Shown here: piece after piece, positions 9,492 to 20,193 of the stretch
Layout: every line of letters begins with the position of its first letter
How positions within the stretch are numbered: the first letter of the stretch is position 1
Assembly: GCA_048940925.1 (NCBI GenBank)
Contig: JBHLOC010000031.1
Coordinates: forward strand, 5,745 to 56,888
Direction: 5' to 3'
DNA from: Promethearchaeota archaeon
GTDB taxonomy: Archaea; Asgardarchaeota; Lokiarchaeia; Sigyniarchaeales; SOKP01
Length of the DNA stretch: 51,144 bases
Translations under genes and position numbers: made by a program
Notes under the pieces: generated by a model
The model's input: the letters and a program-made list of their open reading frames with translations, nothing else
Databases searched by the model: none
What the model was told of the DNA's origin: nothing

Positions 9492-10496
9492 ATGTCTAAA
9501 GAAGTAAAAGGAATTTTATTAAGTCGCTTGATTGTGTTAATTTCCATCATTTTAGTACCTATAGCTACTTTTCTAATATATAATTTGGCTGGTTTTGAGT
9601 TATGGTTTTCAGATGATAGAAACCTTGAAATTTTAATCATGAATATTATATGTCCTACTGTGTTTAGTGTTTCATGGGTGTTTTTTTTAATATTATTCGC
9701 TGAACGCTTTGCGAAAACATTAGATGATTTTGATAAGAAAATAAGCGTAGTTCCTTCTAGGTTGAAATTTTTTTATGGCATTAATGCATTATATATTCTT
9801 TTTATCTTTATTTTCCCTTTAATTACACCTGTAATCGCTGTTTTAAGTTTTGCTTCATTTGCTTGGAGATTAACTACATTTAGGAAAAAGAGGTGGGAAG
9901 AAGATACAAAAATATCATTATTTACATGGATCATGATGGGGATATTTGCCTTGATTCCATTATTCTGCTCAGTTGTAGTTTTACCTAAATATTTTAATTT
10001 AGCAGTTTTTTTATGGCATGATATTTGGCGCAAATCTCTTAATTTACTCTTTTCGATTTCTTACTCTTTATTCACAGCGTTAGCTATCGGCTCTTTAATA
10101 ATCTTAATTCAAAACTCAGGTATAAGTGAGTATGAACAAATATTTGCTGAAGCATCTGATAAGAGGAGTTATTGGAATGTTAAAATCTTAGAATTATTTC
10201 TTTTTGGATTTTTTTTATTTTTAGATCTTAATCAATTTGGAGTAATTCACTTTTTCTATATATTAGGATTTATCATTATCATAATCACTTCAGTTGTTAA
10301 CTTTTTTCGTGGCAAATCAAAGTATCATGGTTTTAAAAGTCATCTAGCTGGATACATTATAGCAGCAGTATTTATAGGCTCAAATGTAATTTACTCAACA
10401 GGTGCAATTTCTGAATTTCTAAAAGTCTGGAGTTTAGTTATTTCTGCCGCATTATATATCTTTGTACTGTTTTATACTTTTTTACGATTAGAATAG
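9492..10496 (+). CDS. Uncharacterised polytopic membrane protein
   Basis: 334-aa ORF with about 9 hydrophobic segments and no recognisable motif. Confidence 0.75.
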   Translation: MSKEVKGILLSRLIVLISIILVPIATFLIYNLAGFELWFSDDRNLEILIMNIICPTVFSVSWVFFLILFAERFAKTLDDFDKKISVVPSRLKFFYGINALYILFIFIFPLITPVIAVLSFASFAWRLTTFRKKRWEEDTKISLFTWIMMGIFALIPLFCSVVVLPKYFNLAVFLWHDIWRKSLNLLFSISYSLFTALAIGSLIILIQNSGISEYEQIFAEASDKRSYWNVKILELFLFGFFLFLDLNQFGVIHFFYILGFIIIIITSVVNFFRGKSKYHGFKSHLAGYIIAAVFIGSNVIYSTGAISEFLKVWSLVISAALYIFVLFYTFLRLE

Positions 10497-10790
10497 ATTA
10501 ACATTTTTTTAAAATAGTGTGTCATGTATCCATTAATAGTTAATATTAAATCCAATTTCCTGATTTGATGAGAAAGCTTGGATATTTAAAATATAAATTT
10601 TCATTTTTTCAAAGAAATTTAGATTTACTATATTATACAAACGGAATCACTGATTTCAGAAATTCAAACAATTTTTTCATTGTTATAGCTCTAAAATTTG
10701 CAGATTCTATTATAATAGAATATAAATTATTAAAAAGTTAGATTTTGTATATAACCTTAATATTGAATTTAATTTCAATAAGCAAGATAT

Positions 10791-12929
10791 GTGTTAAATA
10801 TGAAAAATATAAATACAAAATCCTTAATGGTTTGTACCATACTTTTTGTCTCTATCTTTACAATGCCTATGTTAGTTGTGGGACAAGAAAATGATAATGC
10901 AATTGATCTTGATCAATTTGGGGGCGGTGATATTGGTATTTTCGAAGGATTTCAGGGAGGTATTGGAGGTTTATTTAGTGGTTTAGGATATGGCGGAAAT
11001 ATGTTAGGATATTTATTCCAAATGCTATTTCTTCAAGGATTGAATCTTAGTCAACATGAAATGCTAGATAATGTGTTTGTTCTTAGCGCAAATACAAGTC
11101 ATAAAATACGTCAAGCTGATTATAATTTCCATAATGAAGGTGATGATACAGAAATTGTGTTAGCTCCTCCACAGTATAATAAATATATTGAATTTATAAG
11201 CAATTATACTGGAACTGAATATGGATTAGCTTATTGTGAAATCCATAAAAATGGAACAGTTTCTTATGAAATTGAAGTTGGAGCAGCAATTACACTTGTT
11301 ATTTGGGATAATGATAAATCTTTTATTACAGCTGTCAATAAATTGGTTGATTTCTTTAAGACAATTATGGAGATGCAAGAGAAAGGAGAAGTAATACCCA
11401 ATACACTTGTTAAAGAGGGTATATCCTTATTAACGTGGTTTTTAATTCATATTAACGATATTTTCACTGGTGACGAATTATTCGTATTAAATCCAATTAC
11501 ATGGCAAAAATTAAGTATAACACCTCATGATGATTTTAGTATTACTAAAACATGGAAAGTCACTGGTAATGATACTACTTATGATCCGGATACTGGTATC
11601 ATTTCTGGTCTTGATCCTGCTGTCGATGAAAAGCTTGAAGATATACCCTATGGAAACGAGACGTTAGAAGCCTGGAATACCACAGCAATTACATATAAAG
11701 ATAGTAGGATGCAATGGTTATTAAGACCTACTGAATTAAATGTCATAGAAACAGTATGGACCCAATTCTCTTTCGATTTAATTCAATTGTGGATTAAAAA
11801 TTTCGAGATTCATATTGACGTAGAGGAAATCCTTAATGCAATGCAACAAGGGTCTGAGGGAGATAATCCAGATGCATCAATCGCGAATGCATTTCATGGG
11901 TGTAACATTGAGTTTTTCTTGTTTACTCATCATTTAGCTGGAGCTTTCCTCTATAATGACACAGATAATGATGGGAATTTATCATATGATTATGTACCAA
12001 TCGAAATTAATGGTACAATGTATGAGAGAGCTCGTAGTACCGAAATATCTCATCGATTGATTCTAGGAACTGTAAGTCAGTTTGATTTCAAGCAACCGAC
12101 AATTAATAAGGGAAATAAAAGCATATCATGGGGTCTTAATATCAGAGATGTTAATATTTCAGCTGTACCTGTTGGTGTCGATTTAAACTCATACCTGGGT
12201 GCACCACAAGAAAGACTTGACTATATTTATTTTGGTTTTACATTTGAGCCAAGAAAGGATAAAGAAGTAAAAGCACTTCATGCTATGGTGAAACTTGATC
12301 AGTTTTTTGCTCCTTGGAATGATGATGATGGGGCTTATAGCTCAAATTCAGATATAGAAGGCTTAGATTTGACTATTATATATGTTTCTACAGTTTTACA
12401 TTTCGTCTTAGACATTAAAACTGAAGGAGAAGTTCCAGAAGATCCTCAAGCGTTATTAGAGGAGGAGCACTATAATAAATCTAGCAATGAATTAAAGATT
12501 GGCAATTATTTACGTCCTGGTGCTGAAGACGATCTCGAATTTGTCGATATTGCTGGACCAGATTATGAATATGGTGGTGAAAGTGAATCTAGCAGAAGTA
12601 GTGCCCCTGCAATTACCAGTACAATTCCAGTTGCCTTATGGACAGGCGAGATGGAGCAACATGACGAATATAAAATTCAAGGCGGTCAAACTGTTGGAAC
12701 ATATTCAAGCGATATTATGGTTCAAGCAGAATTCAATGTTTTAGTGTGGGCTGTCTGTTACCCTCAATTTGAAGATGGAAGTGGCATCTGGCATGATCCA
12801 AGTTTCTCTGTATTTATGATTTCTGGTAGTGAAGGTTTCTGGGCATTAATTGTATTAATTGCAGGAATAGGATTAGTAGGAGTTGCCACCATTCTAATCA
12901 AAAGGAAAAAGGATGGAAGACTGTTTTAA
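10791..12929 (+). CDS. Secreted, C-terminally anchored acidic cell-surface (glyco)protein
   Basis: Signal peptide, many N-x-S/T sequons, DTDNDG Ca-binding-like motif, WHDPSF motif just before a C-terminal TM and KRKK tail. Confidence 0.8.
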   Translation: MLNMKNINTKSLMVCTILFVSIFTMPMLVVGQENDNAIDLDQFGGGDIGIFEGFQGGIGGLFSGLGYGGNMLGYLFQMLFLQGLNLSQHEMLDNVFVLSANTSHKIRQADYNFHNEGDDTEIVLAPPQYNKYIEFISNYTGTEYGLAYCEIHKNGTVSYEIEVGAAITLVIWDNDKSFITAVNKLVDFFKTIMEMQEKGEVIPNTLVKEGISLLTWFLIHINDIFTGDELFVLNPITWQKLSITPHDDFSITKTWKVTGNDTTYDPDTGIISGLDPAVDEKLEDIPYGNETLEAWNTTAITYKDSRMQWLLRPTELNVIETVWTQFSFDLIQLWIKNFEIHIDVEEILNAMQQGSEGDNPDASIANAFHGCNIEFFLFTHHLAGAFLYNDTDNDGNLSYDYVPIEINGTMYERARSTEISHRLILGTVSQFDFKQPTINKGNKSISWGLNIRDVNISAVPVGVDLNSYLGAPQERLDYIYFGFTFEPRKDKEVKALHAMVKLDQFFAPWNDDDGAYSSNSDIEGLDLTIIYVSTVLHFVLDIKTEGEVPEDPQALLEEEHYNKSSNELKIGNYLRPGAEDDLEFVDIAGPDYEYGGESESSRSSAPAITSTIPVALWTGEMEQHDEYKIQGGQTVGTYSSDIMVQAEFNVLVWAVCYPQFEDGSGIWHDPSFSVFMISGSEGFWALIVLIAGIGLVGVATILIKRKKDGRLF

Positions 12930-13061
12930 GATTTAAAAAATTTTATTTAAAATATTTTTTTTATTTATTTTTTCTATTGTTCTTACAAAGTTTTAAATTA
13001 AGACTTACCTAAATGATATAAAGAGAAAAATAATTATTATTGATTGTTGTGAACAAAAATT

Positions 13062-14834
13062 ATGATATCTGATATGCAAGATCCCTTTTATATTGATGAG
13101 AGTAAGCGTTGGTTTAAAAAGTGGTGGCCTGAGAGTGTTCCTTTTAACACTAAGTTTGAAGAAATCACGGTTAATGACTTATTAGATGAACAAGTTAAGA
13201 AATATGCTAATGAGAACCTAATATGGTTTTTAGATACGTGGATTACATATCAACAGTTTCAAAATTACGTAAAATCTTTTGCAACAGCATTATCAGATTT
13301 AGGTGTCGAAAAAGGAGATGTTGTAGCAATGCATTTACCTAATTGTATTCAATATTTAGTTGGGTATTATGCAATTACAAGAATTGGAGCTATAGCTAGT
13401 GGAATTAATCCTACTTATCAACCAATAGAGATCCTACACCAACTAGATATTATCAAACCTAAGATGTTGATTGTTTTAGATGCCTTATATGAGTCCTTTA
13501 TTAAACCAATTATAAAAGATTTAGATATAAAGCTGATCGTTTATACAAATCTAGCAGATTTAACAAACATCTTGGGAGTAAAAAAAGCAATAGGAAAATT
13601 TGTAAAAAAAATTCCTACAGGGAAAGTTGATTATCCTGATGCAATAAAATTCAAGGATCTAATAAAAACAAAACATAATGTTCCCCAGGTAAAAATTGAT
13701 GTGAAAAATGATCCAGCGACGTATATAATGACAGGAGGTACTACAGGTATCCCAAAAGCAGCGATTTTAACACACTTTAATGTAATATCAAATGCAACTC
13801 AGTGTAAATTATGGTTAGGAGGAGAAAAACCCGGAATTGGAAATATTGGAATTCTTCCTTTATTCCATAGCTTTGCTCATACCGTAGTAATGCTTACTAC
13901 CGTAGCGATTGGAGGTTGGGTAATGCTTTTTCCTTATCCTCCTTCCCAAACTGAATTATGTGAGCAGATCGAAAAATTACCGTGTGAAAAAGGTTTAATT
14001 TATGCTGGAACTGAAATGCTTTTCAAAAGATTATCGGAATTAAGAAATCTTAAAAGAAGATATCCGAAAGTAATGGGAAAGTTAATTCTTTGTATCTCAA
14101 GTGCTGGACCACTTCATAAACCGGTTTATGATGCTTTCATTAAAAACACAGGAGGAAGAATTGTAGAAGGATATGGTCTATCAGAAGCTAGTCCTGCTGT
14201 AAGTGCAGGAAATTTATTTGGAGAAAGCCCTATTGGAAGCATTGGAATGCCTTTTACGGGTACAGAATGGGGAATTTGGCCAATTGATAACTTTAATGAA
14301 GGTCCTATTTGTTTAGGAAATCCTGAAGATAGTAATTTTGGTATTGAAAGTACAGGCGAAATTTGTATTTCTGGTCCCCAGGTAATGAAAAGCTATTTGA
14401 ACGAACCAGAGGAAACAGAGTTAACACTCAGAGAATATAATAGTAAGACTTGGCTTTTAACAGGTGATATTGGTTATATGAATGAAGATGGGACTGTAGT
14501 AATAAGAGATAGAAAGAAACAATTGATTAAATGTAGAGGGTATTCTGTTTTTCCAAAAGAAATAGAAGAACTTCTTTTAAAACATCCAGATATAGTTGAA
14601 GTTGCTGTTGCGGGGTTACCTCATGAAGAATATGGAGAAATAATCAAAGCATGGGTTTCAATTAGGGAAGATTGTGATTTATCCCCTCAAAAAATTAAAG
14701 AATGGGCTGCTAACAATATGGCTCATTATAAAGTTCCTCACAATGTAGCAATCATTGGTGAATTACCAAAAAATTTTATTGGAAAAGTTCAGAGACGGGT
14801 TCTACAAGAAAAAGAATTATTATCTAAAGAATAA
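13062..14834 (+). CDS. Long-chain fatty acid--CoA ligase (AMP-binding, FadD-like)
   Basis: YIMTGGTTGIPK, GYGLSE, TGDIGY, RKKQLI and GKVQRR motifs. Confidence 0.93.
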   Translation: MISDMQDPFYIDESKRWFKKWWPESVPFNTKFEEITVNDLLDEQVKKYANENLIWFLDTWITYQQFQNYVKSFATALSDLGVEKGDVVAMHLPNCIQYLVGYYAITRIGAIASGINPTYQPIEILHQLDIIKPKMLIVLDALYESFIKPIIKDLDIKLIVYTNLADLTNILGVKKAIGKFVKKIPTGKVDYPDAIKFKDLIKTKHNVPQVKIDVKNDPATYIMTGGTTGIPKAAILTHFNVISNATQCKLWLGGEKPGIGNIGILPLFHSFAHTVVMLTTVAIGGWVMLFPYPPSQTELCEQIEKLPCEKGLIYAGTEMLFKRLSELRNLKRRYPKVMGKLILCISSAGPLHKPVYDAFIKNTGGRIVEGYGLSEASPAVSAGNLFGESPIGSIGMPFTGTEWGIWPIDNFNEGPICLGNPEDSNFGIESTGEICISGPQVMKSYLNEPEETELTLREYNSKTWLLTGDIGYMNEDGTVVIRDRKKQLIKCRGYSVFPKEIEELLLKHPDIVEVAVAGLPHEEYGEIIKAWVSIREDCDLSPQKIKEWAANNMAHYKVPHNVAIIGELPKNFIGKVQRRVLQEKELLSKE

Positions 14835-15151
14835 AAATCCTCATTTAATCCAAAAATAATTGAAATCTAATTTAAATCATATTTTGGTAAAAATAATGGA
14901 AATAATTCTTTTTAAAAGTATATTTTAATTAACTGCAAAACCAAAAAACAAAAATATTTTCAAAATGCTCTTATTAAAAATAATTTTGAGTAAATCAATA
15001 TACAATTCATCATATTTCAAAAAGTAGTAGTTCAACATAGAAAACTAAATAAATATATAAAGTCTAGTTAAGGAAAATAAATAATTATTAAAAGATCGAA
15101 TAATTTTTAATAGTGTATTTAAATCATAAATAAATTTAAGGATTCTAAAAT

Positions 15152-16090
15152 TTGTCGGAAAAATCAAGAATAGACGATTTTTTAATAGAAAGTGCAAAGT
15201 TAGAAAGTATTGAGATAACAGATTCTGAGCTTTTATTAATAGACAAGGTAATACAAGATTTTGCTCCTGAGATTGCTTTTTTATATCAAATTCGAGAAGA
15301 TGAATCAGAAGAACAACAAATTAAGACTGGTAGACTTCATGAAAACCGTATTTTAGGGATAATATTGGAATTCTATCTTAAAGGTAAAAAAAAAATAACT
15401 ACAAGTGAAGTGGAACAAGATTATAAGAAATATTTCAAAGAAATTGCCCGTTCTACAATATCGACTTATTTAAATATGTTGAAAAAAGAATCTATCTTAT
15501 ATAAGGAAAGAGATGGTAGGATAGTGTATTATATCTTCTATGAAGATCCTCCCACAAATATTAAACCTTTTTGGTTTACCCGACTTTTTTGTATAGTCCC
15601 TGCATATTTCAATAGAGCATTGTATTTTGCAAATTTCTACTTTAGAGCGGAAGAGTTTGCTAAGCAGTATATTAAAAGATTTCACCGAGGAGATAGAGAT
15701 ATTCTTATAAGAAATTTCAAGTTTCTTATAGGATTAATAATATTAAATATCTTCAAGAATAGAATTTCTAAATGTATTCTTTGTCAATTTAGTAAACGAG
15801 AAATGTATACTAGATTAGAAGAGATCATAGAAGTAGCTTTTAAAGATAGATCTGACGTATTACCTGAAGAGATGGTATTTGAATTAATTGAAAAATATTC
15901 AGAAATACCAATTTTTAATGGAATTAATCTAATTAAAGAAAAAAATAGTGAAAAAATCATAGAATTAATCTTGAAATATGCGGATGATTATAAAAAAGAT
16001 TTTGATTTTCAAATAATGGTTTCAAAAAGAAGAAAAAGCTTAAGATTAAAACAAAGAGAAGCTTTAGAAAATGAAAATATGGAATCTTAA
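15152..16090 (+). CDS. Winged-helix (ArsR-like) domain protein, putative transcription regulator with C-terminal CxxC-containing domain
   Basis: IARSTISTYLNMLKKESILYKERDGRIVYY is a wHTH recognition helix plus wing; CILC further downstream; TTG start. Confidence 0.65.
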   Translation: MSEKSRIDDFLIESAKLESIEITDSELLLIDKVIQDFAPEIAFLYQIREDESEEQQIKTGRLHENRILGIILEFYLKGKKKITTSEVEQDYKKYFKEIARSTISTYLNMLKKESILYKERDGRIVYYIFYEDPPTNIKPFWFTRLFCIVPAYFNRALYFANFYFRAEEFAKQYIKRFHRGDRDILIRNFKFLIGLIILNIFKNRISKCILCQFSKREMYTRLEEIIEVAFKDRSDVLPEEMVFELIEKYSEIPIFNGINLIKEKNSEKIIELILKYADDYKKDFDFQIMVSKRRKSLRLKQREALENENMES

Positions 16091-16171
16091 AAACATTCTC
16101 AATTATTAATAAGATAATACTTATTTTTTATTAGGAAAAATCTAGTTTAGTATTTTAAATTCTAATTTTTT

Positions 16172-16705
16172 TTATAGTAAATTTCCCTTTTGCATCATTA
16201 ATTTTGTTAATGCATCAAAAGTTACATCTACGTTTTCGCCAGTTTTAGAACTACATTCAATAAAACCATCAACACCTCGAGATCTTGCTATATTAAGACC
16301 CTCATCTCCTGTTATTTCACGATTATCTACAAGATCTGCTTTTCCCCCCACTACGATAATAGGGAATGCATCCTGTTCAGATTTCATTTCTTTTCTAACA
16401 ACTAATAACCAATCATCAATATGAGCTAATGAGGAGTAATTTGTTACATCATACATAAAAAGAGCGCCATTAGCACCTCTCACATATGTTGGTAGAAGGA
16501 ATCTAAATCTTTCTTCACCACCAAAATCCCATATCTGAAGTTTAACTTTTTTACCATTAATTTCTAAGCTTTTTACTTCGAAGTCTACACCTATAGTCAT
16601 TTTTGTATCTGACTTGAACAGATTAGTAAGAAACCTCTGTGTGAGAGTGGTCTTCCCACAACCAGCATCACCGAATATAACCACTTTATATGTAGCATCA
16701 TACAT
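16172..16705 (-). CDS. Rab-like small GTPase (non-canonical G3/G4)
   Basis: G1 GDAGCGKT, G2 TIGVDF, G3 WDFGGEERF, G4 GGKAD, G5 SSK; no C-terminal Cys. Confidence 0.93.
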   Translation of the reverse strand: MYDATYKVVIFGDAGCGKTTLTQRFLTNLFKSDTKMTIGVDFEVKSLEINGKKVKLQIWDFGGEERFRFLLPTYVRGANGALFMYDVTNYSSLAHIDDWLLVVRKEMKSEQDAFPIIVVGGKADLVDNREITGDEGLNIARSRGVDGFIECSSKTGENVDVTFDALTKLMMQKGNLL

Positions 16706-17030
16706 TTTAATTTTGACCTTCTCGTGATTTTGGTTAAATATTTTTATTTTCTACCGCTAATTTTTTCAATTATTTTTAATTTTATTTTATGCTTTTATTA
16801 TAGTGAAAGATTGAATTTAAATGGATTAATGGTTTATTTATCTATTTAGTTTTAAGATTTCTATTATTAATATCTTGTTATATATTTGTAATGTTTTGAA
16901 GTTTTATAATAAAGACATTGTAATATTAGTTTAAAATTTTATTGTCATTAAAAATTATTTATGCATTAATGAAGATTGTATGCTTAATTAAATACATTAT
17001 AAATTTTTGTCATAAAAAAGTATACGTGTC

Positions 17031-18338
17031 ATGAAAAGAATTGTAGATTGGTCAAAATATTTTAAATTTAACTCAGAAAAAAATGAGGAAATTCAAAAAG
17101 CCTTTGGAGTTAAAAAAATATTTGGAATGGGTATAATGCCTGTTAGAGGTCCAAAAGGTTTCAGAAAGCTAGATTATGAATTTGCAAAAAATGATCTAAA
17201 CATTAATAAGATTATGGACATACTTCAAGATACCCATTTCAATGTGCTTGGGGTCGTTATTAAGGATACAGATGGATCTTGTATATGGAATACGAATGTT
17301 GGATGGAATCCTACAGAGAGAGATATTTTAGGAGAATTTTGTGATGCTGGGAAAGATAGAAACATTAAAATTATTGTATCCTTCACAAGCATGAATGATG
17401 CATATCAAGGATATCTACATCCTGAAAGAGTTAGTGTTCATGGAAAAGATGGTAAAAAATTTGGTAAAGAATATAAAAAAGGAGATATTTCGACCCATAT
17501 GGAAGGGGAAATGAGGATAGATTTACCTGAAAATATATCTATTGAAGATTATCAGAAAAAAATCCCATTTTTGACAGATAAAAAAGATGAGAAGAAAGGT
17601 AAAGCACGTAATGCACGAGGTAAAGGATTCATTCCATTAACAAGTTTTATGTGCCCAAATAGCGAACACGTTAATTATTTATTAGAACTCACTAGAGAAG
17701 TAGTAAAGAATTATCCAATCGAAAGTTTTTTTGCAGATTATATCAGATATGATAGCTCATTTAAAGATCTATGTGCTTGTCATCGTTGTGTTGAAAAATT
17801 TAGAGAAAGTTATGGAAATAAAGCAAAATTACTAAAGAGTAAGGAATGGTATGAATTTAAATCAGACACGATTACAAACTTTGCTAAAAACCTTCATCAG
17901 TCCATAAAATCCGTAAATAGCCAATGCTTTTCAGGTTGGTTTTGCCTTCCTGGACCTAAAAAAATGTTGTCTCGAGAACGATTAGGACAAGATTGGATAA
18001 AATTATCATCGATTCTTGATATAGTTTCACCTATGGAATACCCGTATCTGATGGGTACTAAAGATGACGGATGGTATTGGGGGAAGGTTGGTGGGTTTTT
18101 TTATTGGTATTTTATAAGAAATATGAAAAAAAGAGCATCTGAGTTTAAAAGTCCAGCATTAGCAGTTACTAATTCTGTAGAATGCAATAGTAATGAAATG
18201 CTAAGACAAATAAGAGGATTTGATTTTGGTTTAGGTATAGCCGTATTTAAATATTTTGGAACTTCAAAAGAACAATGGGATGCATTAAAAGGATATGCTG
18301 AAAAAGAATTTGGGTTGGAAAATTTGAAATTTAATTGA
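17031..18338 (+). CDS. Putative glycoside hydrolase, TIM-barrel (GHL6/GHL10-like)
   Basis: IKDTDG...RDILGEF, MCPNS, FADYIRY, CACHRC, GQDW and SPMEY patterns resemble GHL10/GHL6-type proteins. Confidence 0.6.
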   Translation: MKRIVDWSKYFKFNSEKNEEIQKAFGVKKIFGMGIMPVRGPKGFRKLDYEFAKNDLNINKIMDILQDTHFNVLGVVIKDTDGSCIWNTNVGWNPTERDILGEFCDAGKDRNIKIIVSFTSMNDAYQGYLHPERVSVHGKDGKKFGKEYKKGDISTHMEGEMRIDLPENISIEDYQKKIPFLTDKKDEKKGKARNARGKGFIPLTSFMCPNSEHVNYLLELTREVVKNYPIESFFADYIRYDSSFKDLCACHRCVEKFRESYGNKAKLLKSKEWYEFKSDTITNFAKNLHQSIKSVNSQCFSGWFCLPGPKKMLSRERLGQDWIKLSSILDIVSPMEYPYLMGTKDDGWYWGKVGGFFYWYFIRNMKKRASEFKSPALAVTNSVECNSNEMLRQIRGFDFGLGIAVFKYFGTSKEQWDALKGYAEKEFGLENLKFN

Positions 18339-18656
18339 AAAAAATTATCAAGATTTAATAGAAACTGTTACAACTGCATTACATACAATAATCTTATCTG
18401 ATATGTCATTTAATTCTTTTATCATTATTCCTTGAGCAATTAAACCTCCTTTTACAACTTCAATTGATTTTTGACCAAAGGGAATTAAAGATAAATTCAG
18501 CGTCTGATTTCCATGAAAATTCCTTTGAAAAAATTAAAATTCTGGTTTATTTTAACCAATCTAGCGAAGTATTAACATTGTTAGATAAGATAAAGTTAAA
18601 TAAACTTTAATTTATTTCTCTCTATTATTTCTGATAATTCACAATTGTAATTTACT

Positions 18657-18929
18657 TTAACCTTCAATACTATAACTACATGAAGGGCAAACAGAAATGC
18701 CTGTCTCAATTTTATTACCACATTCTGGGCATACATTACCAGTTTGTAGCTTTTTTAAGAATTCCTCTTTTTTTGTCTTTAAGTCAACTAACATTGTCGG
18801 AGATCTTTTTCTGCCTGTTATAAAAATTGTTAACAAACATACAAATAAAAAACCTGGAACGGAAGCTCCTCCGAGAAATACCATTGCCATGAATTCACCA
18901 AGAGAAAAAATACCTATAAATAGAATCAC
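18657..18929 (-). CDS. Small membrane protein with zinc ribbon (possibly N-terminally truncated)
   Basis: Two hydrophobic segments then CPECG...CPSC; non-ATG start immediately after an in-frame stop. Confidence 0.5.
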   Translation of the reverse strand: MILFIGIFSLGEFMAMVFLGGASVPGFLFVCLLTIFITGRKRSPTMLVDLKTKKEEFLKKLQTGNVCPECGNKIETGISVCPSCSYSIEG

Positions 18930-19044
18930 TTAAAGCTTGTTGAATTAACTCCTTTCTGGCTGGTTATATTTCTTTTGTCTAAAACTTTTATTCTTTGCCA
19001 TAAAATATTATTATAATATAAATTATAAGATTAAATTCTAAGAT

Positions 19045-20139
19045 ATGTACGAGATTAATGAAACTGTTTACAAACGTTTCGAGGAGAAAAATAATATACT
19101 ATTTAGGAGAATCTGGGATAAAACATTACCAAATTTTGGCAGTTTTTTAGATACAAATATAGAAAAACATATTAATTCACATAATGATGGATATACAAGA
19201 ATAGATTTTGCTTTAGTAGCAGCAGGATGGACTGTTTATGAGAAATTTCCATATGCATTCTCGTGGGAGAGAGATAAGCTAATGGATATAGGATATGGAG
19301 TAAATTGGATGAAATCCAAATATTTAGTTAAAGATGTAAAAAGCTTTACTGCTATTATTAAGAAAGTGGCAAGGTTTTATGGTGCATCCTTGGTTGGTAT
19401 TGCTGATGTTAATGAAAAGTGGATTTATAAAACAGGGTTTAAGAGACCTAACCGGACAAGTGAATCAGTAGCAAAAGAAAAAATAAGGGATGGTAATATC
19501 TCAAATTCAATTCTAGAACAACAGATTAATTTGCCAAAAGACATCAATAAGGCAATAATTATGGTAATTGAGATGGATCCCAATGCAATTTCAACTGCAC
19601 CTGCTCAGCCAGCAGCAGCAGCAGTAGCTATAGCATATTCTAAAATGGCTTTCGTAATTTCATGTGTAGGAGAGTTTATAAGGAATCTGGGATATAAAGC
19701 AATTCAGTGTGGAAATGATACAGCACTTAGCATCCCATTAGCTATTGATGCTGGATTAGGTGCATTAGGAAGACATGGCTTATTAATTACTCCAGAGTTT
19801 GGCCCGAGAGTAAGAATATGTAAAGTATTTACTGATTTACCTTTAGTTTCAGATACTCCAAATTCTGACTTCATAAAAACAGTGGCGAATAAATGTAAAA
19901 ATTGTTTTAAATGTGCTGAGGCGTGTGAGACAGAAGCAATTACAAAAAAAAAGGACCCGGACTTTAATTCTCCTACAATTTCTAACAATCCTGGTGTGAA
20001 TAAATATTATGTTAATGTAGAGAAGTGTTTTGAATTTTGGATTGAAAATTCAAGTGATTGTGGGAACTGTATTGCTGCATGTCCTTTTTCTAACATTAGA
20101 AAATTCTTAACTCCTACTGAATTTTGGAATTTAAAATAA
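19045..20139 (+). CDS. rdhA: Reductive dehalogenase family protein (cobalamin, 2x[4Fe-4S]), no TAT signal
   Basis: KKVARFYGASLVGIA, YSKMA, FIRNLGYKA, SIPLAIDAGLG..GRHGLLITPEFGPRVR..KVFTDLPL, CKNCFKCAEAC and C...CGNCIAACP. Confidence 0.85.
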   Translation: MYEINETVYKRFEEKNNILFRRIWDKTLPNFGSFLDTNIEKHINSHNDGYTRIDFALVAAGWTVYEKFPYAFSWERDKLMDIGYGVNWMKSKYLVKDVKSFTAIIKKVARFYGASLVGIADVNEKWIYKTGFKRPNRTSESVAKEKIRDGNISNSILEQQINLPKDINKAIIMVIEMDPNAISTAPAQPAAAAVAIAYSKMAFVISCVGEFIRNLGYKAIQCGNDTALSIPLAIDAGLGALGRHGLLITPEFGPRVRICKVFTDLPLVSDTPNSDFIKTVANKCKNCFKCAEACETEAITKKKDPDFNSPTISNNPGVNKYYVNVEKCFEFWIENSSDCGNCIAACPFSNIRKFLTPTEFWNLK

Positions 20140-20193
20140 AAATTTAATTCAATCAGATATTTTGAAAAAAAATTTAACTTTTAGGTAAGTATT

